A stretch of 64,000 nt of DNA, taken from the human T2T-CHM13v2.0 reference genome, Homo sapiens. The stretch lies in assembly GCF_009914755.1 (NCBI RefSeq), contig NC_060932.1, one strand, 5' to 3'. Shown here in pieces: positions 40,732 to 56,107 of the stretch (position 1 is the first letter of the stretch; each line of letters opens with the position of its first letter). Below the pieces are notes generated by a model. The model worked only from the letters and a program-made list of their open reading frames with translations. It was not told where the DNA came from and searched no databases. The position numbers and the translations under genes are program-made.

Positions 40732-41871
40732 AACATTCAGAATATTATTAAGAGAAAGCTTACAAGTGTAAATATACTTATTCTCAATGAAATCAACACC
40801 ACCTGACTGATTTGTAACTACTCCCTTAATGCTGCCATAAACTTTATTGCAGTGAAAACACTGGTTCTACAGATTGCTTTCCTCTTCCTCAGGATGTGTT
40901 TGACCTTTGTGGCACTGCCACTATAAATCTCATGGCCCAACAACCCCTTGTCTGCAAGTGATTTCAAGCACTATCATAAAAATGAAACAGACAGACTTAA
41001 TTTGAGTTCCAGACTTGAGGAAACTCAACTAAAATATTAGCATAATTTCACTGAGGACAGAGGAAATTGTTAAAATATGTGTATTAGAGAGTGTCTGCAA
41101 TTCAATCCATCTTTTTTCTGGCTCTTGGGTGCCACCCAGTGATTAGCTTAGCGGCACGTTGCCCAAGGGGTCTGTGGTGCACAGGCAGCCCTGGTCACAG
41201 GAGAGCTGGGACAAGGATATTAGGGGTAGACATCGCAGTACTAAATTAAATTTAGAAATAAAAATTAAGTTAAAAATCTGTTCAGAATCTACGTTCCATC
41301 CAGAAAAACCTGATCATTGACAATGTGCTCCTTCCAGACATCCAAATATTGCAAAGAATCTGTTCTGTGAATAAAGAAAATTTCATCTTTAGAGCACCGG
41401 CTTGGTCTACAGCCACACAGTGAGGACGAGCAGCAGGGAAGTCACCAGCACAGTTCAGCTGTCCTTTCCTGATCTTCTTCCCTTCCCCTGTGCCACACCA
41501 CCTAGTTCCTTTCGCAAACCATAGGCAGAGCTTGAAAAACTCTGCTTTATAACCACAAGGGCGGACGGCTGACTTGACCAGGTTATTTTTTCATCTCTCA
41601 AACCTACTAGATTGTTTCTTATCCTTATAATTCACAGGGCTGGGCATAAGAACCAACATTCTCTTATGCATCCGATGTTTGTTTTTTGTTGTTTGAGCAA
41701 GGTTCTCACATTCCCTTTCTCTCAATAAGTGTGTGACACATTTAGTAACATTTTACCAAAGATTTATGCCATTTTTTGGAGGTGAAGCAATAGATACTCA
41801 ACCCACTGGGGCTTCTGTTTCCTCTAGAAAAATATAATGAGTGCGTAAAATCATTACATATATAAAATATG

Positions 41872-41876
<5 letters not shown>

Positions 41877-41915
<39 letters not shown>

Positions 41916-41927
41916 AGAGAGAGAGAG
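41877..41927. repeat. (TA)n(GA)n compound microsatellite
   Basis: ~18 TA units followed by ~6 GA units. Confidence 0.95.
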
Positions 41928-43069
41928 TGAATATGTAACATAATCTACTTATTTTATCATCTATCTTGTCTCCCCTGAACTGACTTCTTAAAGGTTCCCC
42001 CAGGCCATGCCTGGGGGGAGGGGATCGCCCATGAGACACATGAAAGTGAATAGGCTTCCTCAAGCCATGATGTTTTCTCCTTGCTCATATGCTATCATGG
42101 TGGTTTCTGAAGGAGGAAGCCAAGAAGACAGATGGTTGGGAAAGAAGACGGATATGCTCCAAAGGATAGGAAGGTCCCTATGACTGAGATGGAGGGTAGC
42201 TATGGAAGGGGAAACAAGTACCTGTGTGAATCACCCACCTTACTCAGAAAATCCTCTTCCTCCTCCTCCCCACCACTGTGCTCCTCACAGCCCCTTTGTC
42301 CTCTTGCTGTGCCCAGGATCCACTACTCGGCTGAGTGAAGCAAATGGGTCAGTGGTGGTGGTGATGGTAGCAGGAGGTCCTGATGTTGACCTAAGGCAGA
42401 TGGGGACAGCAAGAGCTCATCTCAAAGAGCTGGGAGCCAGCAAGGAGCCCATGGGCGATAGATGCTGGGCGGACTTGGAACAGACACAAAGTCACTGCAG
42501 AAGAAATACTTAGGCACAGAAGACAGGACTTGGGGTGGCCTGTCACTTAATCCTGCGTGACTTGAAAGGGCTGGGGGATCCTCTGCTCCTGCCCAGCCCA
42601 TCCACCATTTCCTCCTAGTGGTTTCCATACTGCCTTCCAGAGGGAAGGGGAAGAGAAGGAAACCATGTTTCTAGATCCTTTGATAACATGCTGTCTTCTC
42701 TCAGGGAGGCTACTTTGCCAAAAGCAAACAGATGTTTAGTTCTTTACACTGGTTCATTAAAAATGCTATGGGAGCCCCTTCCTGATTCTAATTTCTCATG
42801 GTAGTATCGTGATAGGAGGAAGATTACAGTGGTCTATGAGATTATATACTTTGTCCCATTTTAGTTATTTATTGACTGTTGATATACACTAGGCACTGGG
42901 CCTATGGCAATGAAAACTCAGAATCTCTAAATGGATGTTATTATTTTCCTCATTTTACAGTCATAGACATGAGGCATAGCAAGATAAGTGCTTGCCTAAG
43001 GTCGTATCACTGGTAACTAGCAGCTAGAATCCATCTTCTAGCAATTTGACCCTAGAGCTTGTTAGTAAC

Positions 43070-43402
43070 TGATATGGTTTTCTTGTGCATCCACCCAAAT
43101 CTCATCTTGAATTGTAGTTCCCATAATCCCTACGAGTTGTAGTTCTGTTCTTGTGATAGCGAGTGAGTTCTCGCGAGATATGATGGTTTTATAAGGAGCT
43201 TCCTCCCAACCACTTAGCTCTGCACTTCTCCTTGCTGCCGCCATGAGAAGAAGCACCTGTTTGCTTCCCCTTCTGCCATGATTGTAAGTTTCCTAAGGCC
43301 TCCCTAGCCATGCTGAAGTGTGAGTTAATTAAACCTCTTTCCTTTATAAATTATCCAGTCTCGGGTATAATTTTATTAGCAGTATGAAAATGGACTAATA
43401 GA
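43070..43402 (+). mobile_element. THE1C/D solo LTR with an internal deletion
   Basis: TGATATGGTTT..CCACCCAAATCTCATCTTGAATTGTAG start, ATTAAACCTCTTTCCTTTATAAATTA, 5-bp TSD GTAAC (43065-43069, 43403-43407). Confidence 0.9.
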
Positions 43403-44759
43403 GTAACATATCATTTGATACAAAACCCCAAATAGCATATATTATAAACTTTAAAAAAATTACAAAAAAAATTATTTTAGTCTCCATATGGATTAAACAA
43501 GCTAACCTAGTCTCAACATTGATTAAATAAATGTTAAATAAGCTAATTTCCATGTTTTAAACACCATTGTTTTTTGGAAATGCATATTGACTTTGTATCA
43601 ATTTACAAATATTACTTGGGAACACAACCAGCTTGTAAATTGGGTATTAACTGGTATATATGTAAATAATTTACTGGGAAAACTTACCAAAATTTTTACA
43701 CACCACAAAATCTGATACTTTAAATCTATAATTTCTGAGTTTCATTCCAGCCTTGTTTATTTGCATAAACATTTATGAAGGTTAATTATTTTACTTTATA
43801 ACTGCTGGCAATCAAACCTTTCTGAAATAGAAGTTTTGGGTTCATGCAATGTTCAAATGAGCACTTCACTGAAACCCCAAGTTTCTGCACTTTAAAGTAT
43901 GAAAGAAATAACCTTAGTCAGTGAGATTTTTAGCCTAGGCACTAGCAAGTCTCTGCTTCTCCAAGAAACATCCCAGGAACATTTCATTTTTCTCAGGCTT
44001 CATCCTGATGCATCCACTAGAATAAACTGGCCTCCAAATCCACTCTTAAGTAATGAATACATCAACATATTGAATGAAATTGTTTTATATTATCAACTGG
44101 ATGTCAAAAATAATTCATTTGACTAGTGCATAATTATTATTTGTCCCTAAATATAATTGACCAAAATGTCCATTTGCTGGTTGACCATTGGCAAAAGTGG
44201 CTCTCCTGGAATGAGACAGAAGATTCAATTATAATTATATGAATAGATGAGGATTTTTCCTGTTTGTTGCAGGAGGAAAGTGTGATTTCAGTCCATCGAA
44301 AGAGTTTTAAGAGATTGTTGTACAAACTTTCAAAGGAAAGGCTAGACAAAGCTTTATTTTAATAGCATTTAAATTCGAATTTACTGTGTCAATAGGCCAT
44401 TGCTGCTACGCTAATTATCTGTAGTATATTGCAACAGGAACTCTAGCAAAGAATGATGTTTACCAGATAGCTGCTGAATGCCACAGCTTGACCTACAATC
44501 AAAGACCACTATGATGGTGCCTCAATGCTCCTCTGCAATCTGGAAACAGACCCATGCCTGGGCAGAAGGGAGGCCAGGAATTGGCTCCCTTTGGAGATGA
44601 TCAGCTCTTAAGAGCCCAGATGGATTGTTGCAAGGCAGTCAAGGATGTTCAGGAAATATAAATTCAATTATCAGCAATGAAGCCCAAAGTTTAGAACTTT
44701 GGAATCAGGTGATCCTGACTTCCTGTCCTAGGTCAGCCACTTTATTGCTGCTTTGGAGA

Positions 44760-45005
44760 GAATATTTACCACCTTTCCAAATATCACCATATCAAAGAAG
44801 CCTTCCTTGACCTCCTTTCTCCTTCCTTCCAGTCTCTACTCCTTCTGCTTCATTCTTCTTTAGAGCACTGATCTCAACTGGATATATGCTTTATATATTT
44901 GTGTCCTAGCAGTTTCTACCAGTCAAAATGTAAGGTCCATGAGAGCAGGGCCTTTGCTGTGGTCACATAATAAGCACTCAGTAAGTAACTGGTGAATGAA
45001 TGAGT
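44760..45005 (+). mobile_element. L2 3' end
   Basis: 'aatgtaaggtccatgagagcagggcc..taagcactcagtaagtaactggtgaatgaatga'. Confidence 0.7.
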
Positions 45006-45303
45006 TTTGGAGAGTCTTAATTTATTCCTCTGTAAAATCTTGTTTTTCAAGATTAGGTGAGCTTTGTTCCTCACACACGGTAGGTACTTTTCTGTGCATT
45101 TCTCATGCTGGTTAGAGGGAGAGCAGCTTTGCTTCTGGGCAGGATTCAATCTCATATTCCCTAATGCATGTCCATGCAAACATCAAAACCACAATCATAT
45201 TCTTTCATGTTTTGTGAATGGCTAGGATGTTCTGTTAGATTAAGTAATTTGTTCATTCAACATGTACTCAGCATATGAAGAAGTTACTGATGCTCTGTGA
45301 AAA

Positions 45304-45894
45304 TGAATTGGCTTTGTTGTCTGGGGAAATCCCCGAGGTTCCTTGTCTGGTGCTAAGAAGATTAAGGACATGCGGACACACACACAGAGTGGGTTTAGGA
45401 ACGTAAAGTGTAATAGGCAAAAGAAAGGAGAGAGAGAGTAAGCTTCCTCGTGCAGAGAAAGCAGAGCACTCAAGGGGGCTTCAGGGTTTGGGACAAGATG
45501 CGGTCTATTTTACAGAGGGGCTTGAGGAGGAGGTGGTATTTGATTTACATAGGGCATAGGGGATCGGTTTGACCAGGTGTCCCATTTACATAGCCCGCGA
45601 ATCTTTTATTATGTAAATGGAGTTTCCAGCCCAGCGAACAACCGCATACATTGCTACAAAGAAAAGGGAGGAGATGTCCTCCATGTTGGATGTGTGTGGC
45701 TTCCAAGTACAGCTGCCAGCATTTACTTATGCAAGCTTCCAGCTTCCTTATCTATGCTTGCAGCTTGATTTTTCAGGCTGCTTTTTATTAGAAAAGAAAT
45801 GATTTGGGGGCTGCTTTTTATTAAAGGAAATTCCACTGAGAACTCTTTTACGCTTACTAGCTGCCTAAATAATTTCTTACTAAGTCCTATATCA
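45304..45894 (-). mobile_element. LTR9-family (ERV1) solo LTR
   Basis: Minus strand starts TGATATAGGA..AGAAATTATTTAGGCAG..AAAAAGCAGCCCCCAAATCATTTCTTTTCTAA..GCAGCCTGAAAAATCAAGCTGCA. Confidence 0.75.
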
Positions 45895-47716
45895 AAGATT
45901 CCTTTTCTCTCTAGGTCCTAGAACCTTCATTGTCCCTGAGGTTAGACTGCTCCCGCAGCCAGACCACTGCTTCATCTTGAGTCCAGGTTGAGATACTGCA
46001 GCGAGCTTCTACATAAGGGGCCTTCTTATTTTCTATAGCTTCTTGTTGGCATGAAGAATATGCTATTTTGTCTTTTCCTGACTCAGTCAGGGCAAATCTC
46101 ACTTCTTTCTCGAGCACTTCCATCTAGAAAATTATTTTCCTGAGCAAAAATTACAGCAAAGAATTTAATTTCAACGATAGTGGCACACACCCCTGTAGTT
46201 CCATAGTTGTTAGCAAAACCTTTTTTTGTAGTTGAAAGGGGCAAACTTAGTGAATAAAGCAGCAGCTAAGATATGTTCTTGTTTTATACTCTCAGCCTCC
46301 CATAAATCTGCAGAGTGTTAACCAAGCAAGGAATTTGCTTATATAAATCCCAGCAAAATTTTTTTTTCCATTCACATATAGAGAGATGTAGCATCAATTT
46401 CTTATAATTGTCTTCACAGTATCCGTAAGTCTGTAGCATTGTCTCAGCTGGCTAATTATTTGCTCCACAAAGGTAAGTTATGATGGTGACAACCGAGGTA
46501 AGTTTCTACCCACAAAGTCCTGAAATTCAGTTGATGATGGTCAAAGACAATGTGCCTGGGAATCTGTATGTTGTGGATAAGTGGCCCATGACTTCATTTT
46601 AGTATCTTAAGTCTGAGATGGAAGGAGAAACTCTATGAACCACTTTAAACTATTTATCAGAATCACAAATTCCTTCTGCAAAACTCATATGGAGTCTTAA
46701 TTCACTCTCATGGAAACGAATATGCCTTTGATAAAGTAATGATGCTTTCTGTCTTTCCTTTTAAGCTGAGAAATTCCAGATACCAAGATAATGCAATAGT
46801 CACCTTCAGTCAATGCAGTTTGTCTGCAATGGAATTTTTTTGTGGCCATAGTAACTCATGCTTATTATTTGGGATAGCTTTAGCCTCTCTGGCAGTTTCT
46901 CCATAAAAAATTTAAGATACATATCTCAAATCTTGAATAATTATGTGACATGGTTTGCCACAGAGATAGAAGAGAGTTTATTTTAATATTAACATGTCCA
47001 TGACTGTGGTCCAGCATGATCTTGACTTTTTAGTGGCAGATTGATCCAGCGCATTTGTATTTGTCATTGTTCTTTAGAGTTGTGGGTGGTTATGCAGTCA
47101 GAAGTCCTTAGTCAAAGATACAGCAGACAGTTTGGGATAATCCAGATACAATTTTTGGTTACTATGAATTTCAAGACAAGGCCTTAGAAGTAATTGTAAA
47201 ACTTTCTTATTCTGACAAAAATAGTTTTGTCAACCTGTGTTTGGGTCTGTGATTCTAGTCTGTCTGCGATTTCTCTTGAATAATAAGTTACATTCATTTT
47301 TCTAGCATTGTGTAGAAAAACATATTTCCAATGCACCAGTGCTACAGCCCTCCTAAATTTACTTGGTAATGTCCAAAGCCATAGATTTTTACATAGAAGA
47401 CCTTCACTGGACATCAATTTTCATTTATAAATGGTTTTATATTAAAACAAAATTATTACAGAATAGAACCACAATTTAAAAAATATTTTAAATATGAAAC
47501 ATGAGATTTCAAAGAAATTCTGAGCCTGCTGTGCATCACTTCTGGCCATGCTCCAGGCTTGAGATCCATGTGGCCCTCTCTGCCACTGGAGATACTTAGT
47601 GGGAAAGGCTGAGGAGCGCTGCTTTATACTAGAGTAGTAGGGAGAAGAAATCTTAATGTGTTCACAGACTTAGAAGTGAATGGCCACTTCACAGTTTAGA
47701 AAATTATCATTAGACT

Positions 47717-48022
<306 letters not shown>

Positions 48023-48439
48023 TTATAATTAGACTGGCCAGCCCAACATCATGGAATGCTTTTTTTGCTGCAGGCAACAGTGAGGCTCTACAATGGTTGC
48101 CTTTTAGGGAAGAAAAATATGGTAGAAATTAAATGGTACCAGAAGGACTTGAAGTGCTTTGTTTGCTTTTGGAGGAGGGAGGTACATCCTGGTTTATCCC
48201 TTCCCTTCCCATCTTCAATGAAGCAAATATCAACTGTTCTGGGGCAGTGACTAATAATGTCACTAGTGCCATTTTTATTTTGTAGATTTGTTTTTCCAGT
48301 GATATGTCAAAACAATGTAGGACTTCCTAAAATATTTCCATGAGTTTATTTCCAGTTGATGCCACAACATATTTACCCAGTTGTCTTAGTAGAGACCTTG
48401 AATTTATCAGAGCCCTAAACCTTCTTGTCTTCTATGTTA

Positions 48440-48670
48440 AGGAGCTAGAAATTCTTTTTATGCAGGGGACCAGATGATAAATATTTGAGGCTTTTCAAGC
48501 CATGAGGTTTCAGCCACAACTACTTAATTCTGTATTGTAGCAGGAAAACAGCTATGAGAATACATAAACTAGTGGATGTGGCTGTGTTCCAATAAAACTT
48601 CAACAAAAATGTGAAGGGCAGGTGGGTAGAGGGCAGATTTGAAATGAGGGCTGTAGTTTGCTGATCCCCA
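48440..48670. mobile_element. MER58A (hAT-Charlie)
   Basis: 'ccagatgataaatatttgaggcttt..tggctgtgttccaataaaactt..gggctgtagtttgctgatccc'. Confidence 0.8.
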
Positions 48671-48781
48671 CTCCATGCTCTTGCTCAGTGGATTTCACCA
48701 CATCCATTCATTCCCCATATTCAATATTCTCCCTCTCCATTCCTATCTAAACAATCACTAAGTCTTAGCTATTTTACTTCC

Positions 48782-49226
48782 TATGTTAGTTTCCTAGGGC
48801 TGCTGTAATTAATTAAAATGAACTTGGTAACTTTTCACAGCACAAATGTATTTCTTCACTGGAGGCTAGAAGTTAAAAATCAAGGCATCAGCAGGGCCAT
48901 GCTCTCTGTGAAGGCCATAGGGGAGGGGTTTCCTTTGCTTGCTCTTAGCTGCAAGTGGTTACCGGCAATCCTTGGCTTTCCTTGACTTGCAGCCGCAGCA
49001 TTTCAATCTCTGCCTCTGTTGACCCGTAGCTTTCTTCTCTGGGTCCTTGTCTCTGTGTCCAAATTTCCATCTTCTTAGAAGAACAACAACAGTCATATTG
49101 GATTTAGGGCCCAACCCAATCCAGTATGACCTCATCTTAACTTTATTACATCTGCAAAGATGCTATTTATAAATAGCATCACATTCATGGGTTCTGGGTG
49201 GACATGAAGTCGGAGGCGGGACACTT
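48782..49226 (-). mobile_element. MLT1C-like MaLR solo LTR
   Basis: 'ttagtttcctagggctgctgtaa..aatcaaggcatcagcagggccatgctc..aatccagtatgacctcatcttaac'. Confidence 0.8.
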
Positions 49227-50842
49227 CCTATTTTTCCTATCTGTCCTTTACATTTCATATCAGCTACCACTGCGTTAATTCAGCTCTTTATCATCCCTCG
49301 TCTCTCATCTGACTATTTCAGCTGCCTCCTAACAGGTCTTGCCCTCCTCTAATATCTGAGTGACCATTCTGAAATGCAAATTTCACCATCTCTCTCTGCA
49401 TTAAAAAATCCTTCTTGTCCTTTGTCACCTCAGCAGTGGTTCTCAATATTTCTGCCCAAGCATGTCATGGCTGAGTACGCTGTGGAACAATGACTTATTT
49501 GGGTGCCCAGGTGATGTGCGCACTGGCTATATCTCCACTCCTTTCTCTCCATTCAGTTAACTGAATAATTTATGTAATCAAGTAAGTCATTCACATGATT
49601 ACCATTGATATATTACTTTCATCTCACCATTGATTGGGCCAAACAGTACTTTTCAACTTTATGGCAGAACATCACTGGTGTTCTGGCTACAGATGCCCCC
49701 ATGGTGGGATCTTACCAGCCCCTCATTTTGCCCTTTGTTCTCCAGCAACCCACCCACTGTGCTTCTTCCCATGATTGCTTTACTCTTACAATTCTTGCCT
49801 CTCTTTTTGGAATAAGACATGGAGTCTGCCTACAAGGAACTTCAAGCTGACAAGGTCTCCCCTTCTCTTTGGGCATTTGAAGAAGTTCAGTTGGCATCGT
49901 TGGACAAGTCTGATAGGTACAAGTATACTTTTAGGAATAATGGGACATGGTACTTGAAATCAGGTCTATCCCAGAAAACCCAGGACACATGGCTGCCCCA
50001 GGGGATACAACTAGATACTAAATACTTTTTTTTTTATTGTATTTTTAAAATTTTATGCAATGGAGCACATGCCATCATGAAGGAAAGAAGTCTGTCTTCT
50101 GGTTGCAGTTGTCAGTACGTCAGGACAGTCTCCCTCAAAGGCAAATCTTATCGCTTGCTCCTCAGTGCCTTTTAGGGAAGGCCCTTCAGGTCTTGCTCTT
50201 ATCAACCTGTTGACCACTTCAGAGCCTAGCCCAGGACCTGGCCCTTACTAGTTCCTCAGAAAATAGTTGTTGAATGAGTCAGTAAATGAATGACCAAATG
50301 GAATTCATACAATTTAAAGAAAATGCTTCTAAATAAGCTACAGCTTAATCACACAAATAAGTCCCTGTAGACAGACAAGAAAAGTAAAACACAGAGAAAA
50401 CTCACACAAGTGAACCATAGGTATTCTGACTTCAAATCCTACTCCACTTAAGAATATTGCATCTTCTTCTACTTTATCATTTTGAGTTTTCTAACTGAGC
50501 TCTCCTGCTATAGTCAACTTCATAGTTTCGGAAGCCACTGGTCTGATTGTGAGTTTATATGAGGACATATTACTAACATCTAATGGACCCATAAGCGACA
50601 TTCTGCACTTTTAACCATCAAATACATGGAAATTAACCTTCTATACTAATTTTATTATTTTTATTGTAATACTGTGAAAAAGTAAATGACCATCTCTCCA
50701 TCTGGCCTTTATAATGGATAAACATCGTAGCTGAGGTGCATGCTGTTCAAAGGCCTGAAAATATGGTACACAAAAGTGCATTTTTCTTTTTCAGTTTCTA
50801 CTTTAGCACCTGCTTGATAGTGTTTTCTTATTTGGTGTCATC

Positions 50843-51148
<306 letters not shown>

Positions 51149-52480
51149 TAAAAATATTTGTGCACATCTTTCTAGGTGTGATTAATGTTCTCTACTAACA
51201 ATGCCACTAAGAAATGCAGAACTTGCCTGAAGGAAAAGACGATAATGTTGACGCAAAGATAAATGTCTAAAGACTTGTCAAATTAAAAAAACAAATCTTG
51301 TGGACTCAACTAAATTATAATACAAGCAGTCAAAAATAATTGAATCCAAATGACGACACTTATCTTTACTACTTAATGCTAAGACAACACAGTCAGTGGA
51401 TAAATATAAAAGTAAACATTTCATTCTTATGTTGGAGGAAAGTGAAAGGAACGGGTTTAGTAAAGCTTGCTTTATTTTTTGTTTTGAGAGGGGAACAGCA
51501 CACACAAATCAGCGTTATTATTCTCATGCCTTGATACAGCAATGAAACTGCTTTGTGCTGGTAGACATAAGCTGAATGTCAGTTTGCCAAGAACATATAG
51601 AACACTATAGGGAATACTGTAGAAAGCCTTGTTCTTGTGGGTGGATTAAAAAAGGAATGTCAGAGACCAAACTCCCTCGGCTTTCCTTCTTACTTCCTAT
51701 TCTCAAAATTTCCCTGCATCTTTATCCAACTTCTCCCCCACTTCCACATCATACCTCCTATTCCATTCTAATCCTTCTACTTAATCCCTTGTTCCCATCC
51801 TGAAACACTGCGGAGTCCATTAACTGGCCCCCAACCCACCCCCACTAATATTTGTTAATAGCTCTCTGTTCACAAGTCCCTTCCTTTTAGCCTGCCAGCA
51901 TGCTATTTATTTCCCATCCAAACCCAAGCCTCTCTTGATCCTGTCATTCTCTTTAACTTTCCCATATTTCCCATTTCTCCTTCAGGCAATTGCCAAACTT
52001 CTGGAAAGATGATTGCCCACATTCACAGACCACAGTTGCTGAGCACCTACTCAGACCCCTGATGTGATCCTCCCAATTTCTTGGAGCATCTCTCTCCAAC
52101 ACTCATATTGGCTTGCCTGACTCTCATTTATCTCTCCTGGTTCTCTTACTGTGCCTTTTCTGTGTCTTCTTCCACCTGCCATTCCCTATATAAATATAGT
52201 CTGCAGGAATTTGTCTTGGCCCCTCCACTTCTGTCTCTGGGATTATTTCTGTCCTCTGCTTCCTCCTCTTCTGTTTATTGATAATATCATCCAGTCCCAA
52301 CTATTAATCTATGCAGGTAAATACCAAATCTTTTGTTTTAGGTTTAAGTGCATTTCTAGCTTCTGAACATGTATGTCCATTGGCTTCTGGATATCTTTAT
52401 TTTAATCTCCTATTTTGGTTGTAAACTCATTCATTAATTTGTTTTTTCACTTACTCAATATACATGTATTAAATGTCCAC

Positions 52481-52908
52481 TATGTTAGCTAAAATGAAGG
52501 TTAAGCTGCTATCCAAATGCAATGGCTTCAATAAGGCAGGAGTTTATTTTTCTCTTACTTTACAAGATGGCAGAGCACTTGTTCTCCACAAAGTCATTCA
52601 GGGAACCAAGGGCCCTTTCCCAATTTGTGGCTCTGATGTCACAAAGTGTGTCTACACCTGTATGGCCACAGCTGGATAGCATGTGAAAAAGAAAGAAAAT
52701 GGAAAGGTGCATGACCAGTCTTTTAAGACCAAGCCCCAGAGTGCTCATCCCTCTAGCTCACATCATCACTCTGACTTAAGTAGCCATGCCTAACTTGCAA
52801 GAAAGGCTGAGACATGGAGTCTTTAGCTACCTGACCCTGTACTCTGCTATACTCTGTTGTCATGGAAGAAGGGGAGAATATAGTTTGGGTGAGAACCAGT
52901 TGTCTGTT
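52481..52908 (-). mobile_element. Old MLT1 (J/K-like) LTR
   Basis: 'aatggcttcaataaggcaggagtttatttttctctt..ctccacaaagtcattcagggaaccaagg..cctaacttgcaagaaaggctgag'. Confidence 0.55.
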
Positions 52909-52995
52909 GCTCCTACCAGGACTACATATGCTGCCAAGCATTGACATTCACTAACATTGGAATAATCCTAATTATATTTCTGTCCAAATCTGTTT

Positions 52996-53026
52996 TTTGT
53001 TTGTTTGTTTGTTTGTTTGTTTGTTT
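52996..53026. repeat. (TTTG)n microsatellite
   Basis: ~7 units read directly. Confidence 0.9.
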
Positions 53027-55190
53027 TACTCAGTATTCTACACTTCTGTGGATGGCATTATCATCCTTCCAGCCACAGTGTTTTAAAACAGCCAAGATAT
53101 CTTTAATTTTTAGTTAATCTTTCCTATTTCTTCACTCCTGCAAAAGCCACAATTTTCCTAAGTATAACATAGTCTTCCTGTTATTTCTGGCTTGGCCTCA
53201 TCTTTTTCCACTTTTCCAAACACTTTTGTAGGGTTAGTGTCCATTACCACTTGCTTGAAAGACAATGCCTACTCACTGGTCTCCTGTGTCCAGTCTTGCT
53301 CTGCCCATCACACATCCCTCAGCAGTCTTACTGAAACATGTCAACCCCAGTGCATAAGGAAAGGAAGTGTGGACTCCTTAGCATGGCATTCAAAGTTAAT
53401 AAGAAGGATTGTGTGCCCTTGTCTAAGTTTGGTGGGATTGGCTATAATTACCTTCTCCATCCAGTTCCCTACTGCCTGCTCTGTCTGACATATTCTACAT
53501 TGAGCCATGACATGCTTCACATTTTCTTCCTCTGCACATTTATTTATATTTTCTCTTGGTTTCAATGCCCTTCTAGATCCACAAGTCCAACTGCTATCAA
53601 TGTTTCAAAGCCAGGTTTAAATTCCGCCTTTTTCAAAAAGCTTTCTTTATCCTTTTATAATAGAACAAAGTTCTTTCTCCCTCCTTTGATCTTATATAAA
53701 ATTGTATCTATACCTCTCTTGTGATACCTAACCCTTTATTTCTTGTATTATAGCTGATAAGGGAATACCTAATCTTCCCTAGCAAGCTCCTTAATTTTGG
53801 GACCAAGACTAATTCTTCTGTATATTTCACTTAGGTTCTAGTATAATGCATGGCACATAGTAGGTATTCAACAGATATGAATTTAACAAATGAATGTTTG
53901 AAGAATAAGTTAAAGGAAATTGAAAATATGATAAATACAAAGCAGATAGTCTATGAGAAAAACACATCATTTTCACTGACAGATTGAGAAACTATTACTT
54001 GTGAAGCGAATTTTCACACAGTTGAAAAATTGGTAAGGCCTGCTTATTCATTTAGGAAGACACATTTGGAATAATAGTAATCAGTGTTTTGGTCTGGTAA
54101 GGTTAAGTGATAGTGATACAGGTTTAAAAGAATTGTCATGAAAATGCAAGTATTTTCTTCAACAAGACACATTTTCCTTAGGATTATCTAAAACACTTCT
54201 GAGGTCCTAAGTTTTTGAAATATTGTGGGTTTTTTGTCCTACATTTTCCAGTCAATCCTACGAATACTGAAATAATTTTCATTCTAATTATTCTGTGGTA
54301 TTTTCAGTCATAGTCAAGATTCTGAAAACTCCTACTAGAAAGGCCCTTTTCATAGGATTTTCCAGTTGAATTTTATTGCCTGGAGATATTGCAAATCTGA
54401 AGATAATTTCCCCCAAACATCTAACATGTTTCAAGCAAAAACTCCAATTCTTTTTGCATTTGTGTATCTGAAGCATTGGTAAAATTAAAGGAGTGTTTCA
54501 CTTCTAGTGATTCTACATTTGCCTTCTGGAATTAGGGCAACATTTTAAAGTGGTGGGATCTCATTAATGTTTCATGGAAAATAAGAAAAACATGCTATAA
54601 AAATCACCAAACCATGGGATAATAAGGAAGAGGAAGGAGTGGGTGATCAATGAGGCCCTCTGGGACGATTGTGGAATAAGTTCTTCTAAATCCTGGGCAA
54701 GATTTTCACAACTCATAAGCAACTTCTGGCTATAGGTCACACAGCTTTAGAAATTGCTTTAGCCCTTTCGGGAACCATACCACCATTACATTTGGTCATT
54801 TCTATGTCATCTGTGTTTTATTTTGGAGTCCCATCAACTTCAGTTAGAAGCAGGTTCTTATTAAAGGTAAAATCTTGGCAAGTTACTTTACCCTCTGCGA
54901 GCTTCAGCATCATTATTATTTAAATGCTTATAACTGGGGATTCAACTGTATTAGTGATGCTGGGCACATGGGCTTCTATTATTTTTTGAGTGTTTGAAAT
55001 ATTTTATTATAAATTTAATATGCACCTAAAACATATGAAAGGTTTGTAAGAAAATAAGGAGATGACGAATGCAAACCACCCAGTTCAGCATGATGTAATA
55101 ATTGATAATTATTACTAATAATGATGCAGATAACAATTATTTTATATATTATATATATTTTATATATATGCAGTCTCATCTATACATATA

Positions 55191-55236
55191 TTAGGTTGGT
55201 GCAAAAGTAATTGCAGTTTTTGCCATTACTTTTAAT
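55191..55236. mobile_element. MADE1 (Hsmar1 MITE), one arm only
   Basis: TA|TTAGGTTGGTGCAAAAGTAATTGCAGTTTTTGCCATTACTTTTAAT; the second TIR is absent. Confidence 0.88.
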
Positions 55237-55245
55237 ATATATACA

Positions 55246-55810
<565 letters not shown>

Positions 55811-56081
55811 TGCCTGGCTCAATTATTGTACGACTTTAGCTATGGTTACCATGGTTATATACAAAGGAATGTTTTGAGAACTGGAGTAGGGGGAAGGAGG
55901 ACAGATATAAACACACCTAATTTCATTCTTCCATGATTTAAGTACTCTATGCTAGGGTAATAAATAGAATTTACAGACATGAAAGTGTTAAGAATGCAAG
56001 GCAGTATATGATCAAAGCCAAAATGAATTATGCAAACTATATGTTCCAAAAGAGTGCAGAGATGTGTTCAGATAATTAGTC

Positions 56082-56107
56082 TGTGTGTGTGTGTGTGTGT
56101 GTGTGTG
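56082..56107. repeat. (TG)13 microsatellite
   Basis: Read directly. Confidence 0.95.

Larger units (their letters stand above)
51700..53900 (+). mobile_element. Long degraded L2, interrupted by an MLT1 LTR
   Basis: Pyrimidine-rich L2 motifs; ends 'tggcacatagtaggtattcaacagatatg..aatgaatg'. Confidence 0.6.

Noticed and set aside
39237-43766. Octamer motifs ATGCAAAT (39237) and ATTTGCAT (43759)
   Set aside because: Several are expected by chance in AT-rich DNA, and neither forms a canonical SOX-OCT composite.
49819-50175. 118-aa ATG ORF with a reasonable Kozak context
   Set aside because: No recognisable homology or exon structure, and it runs through a poly(T) tract.
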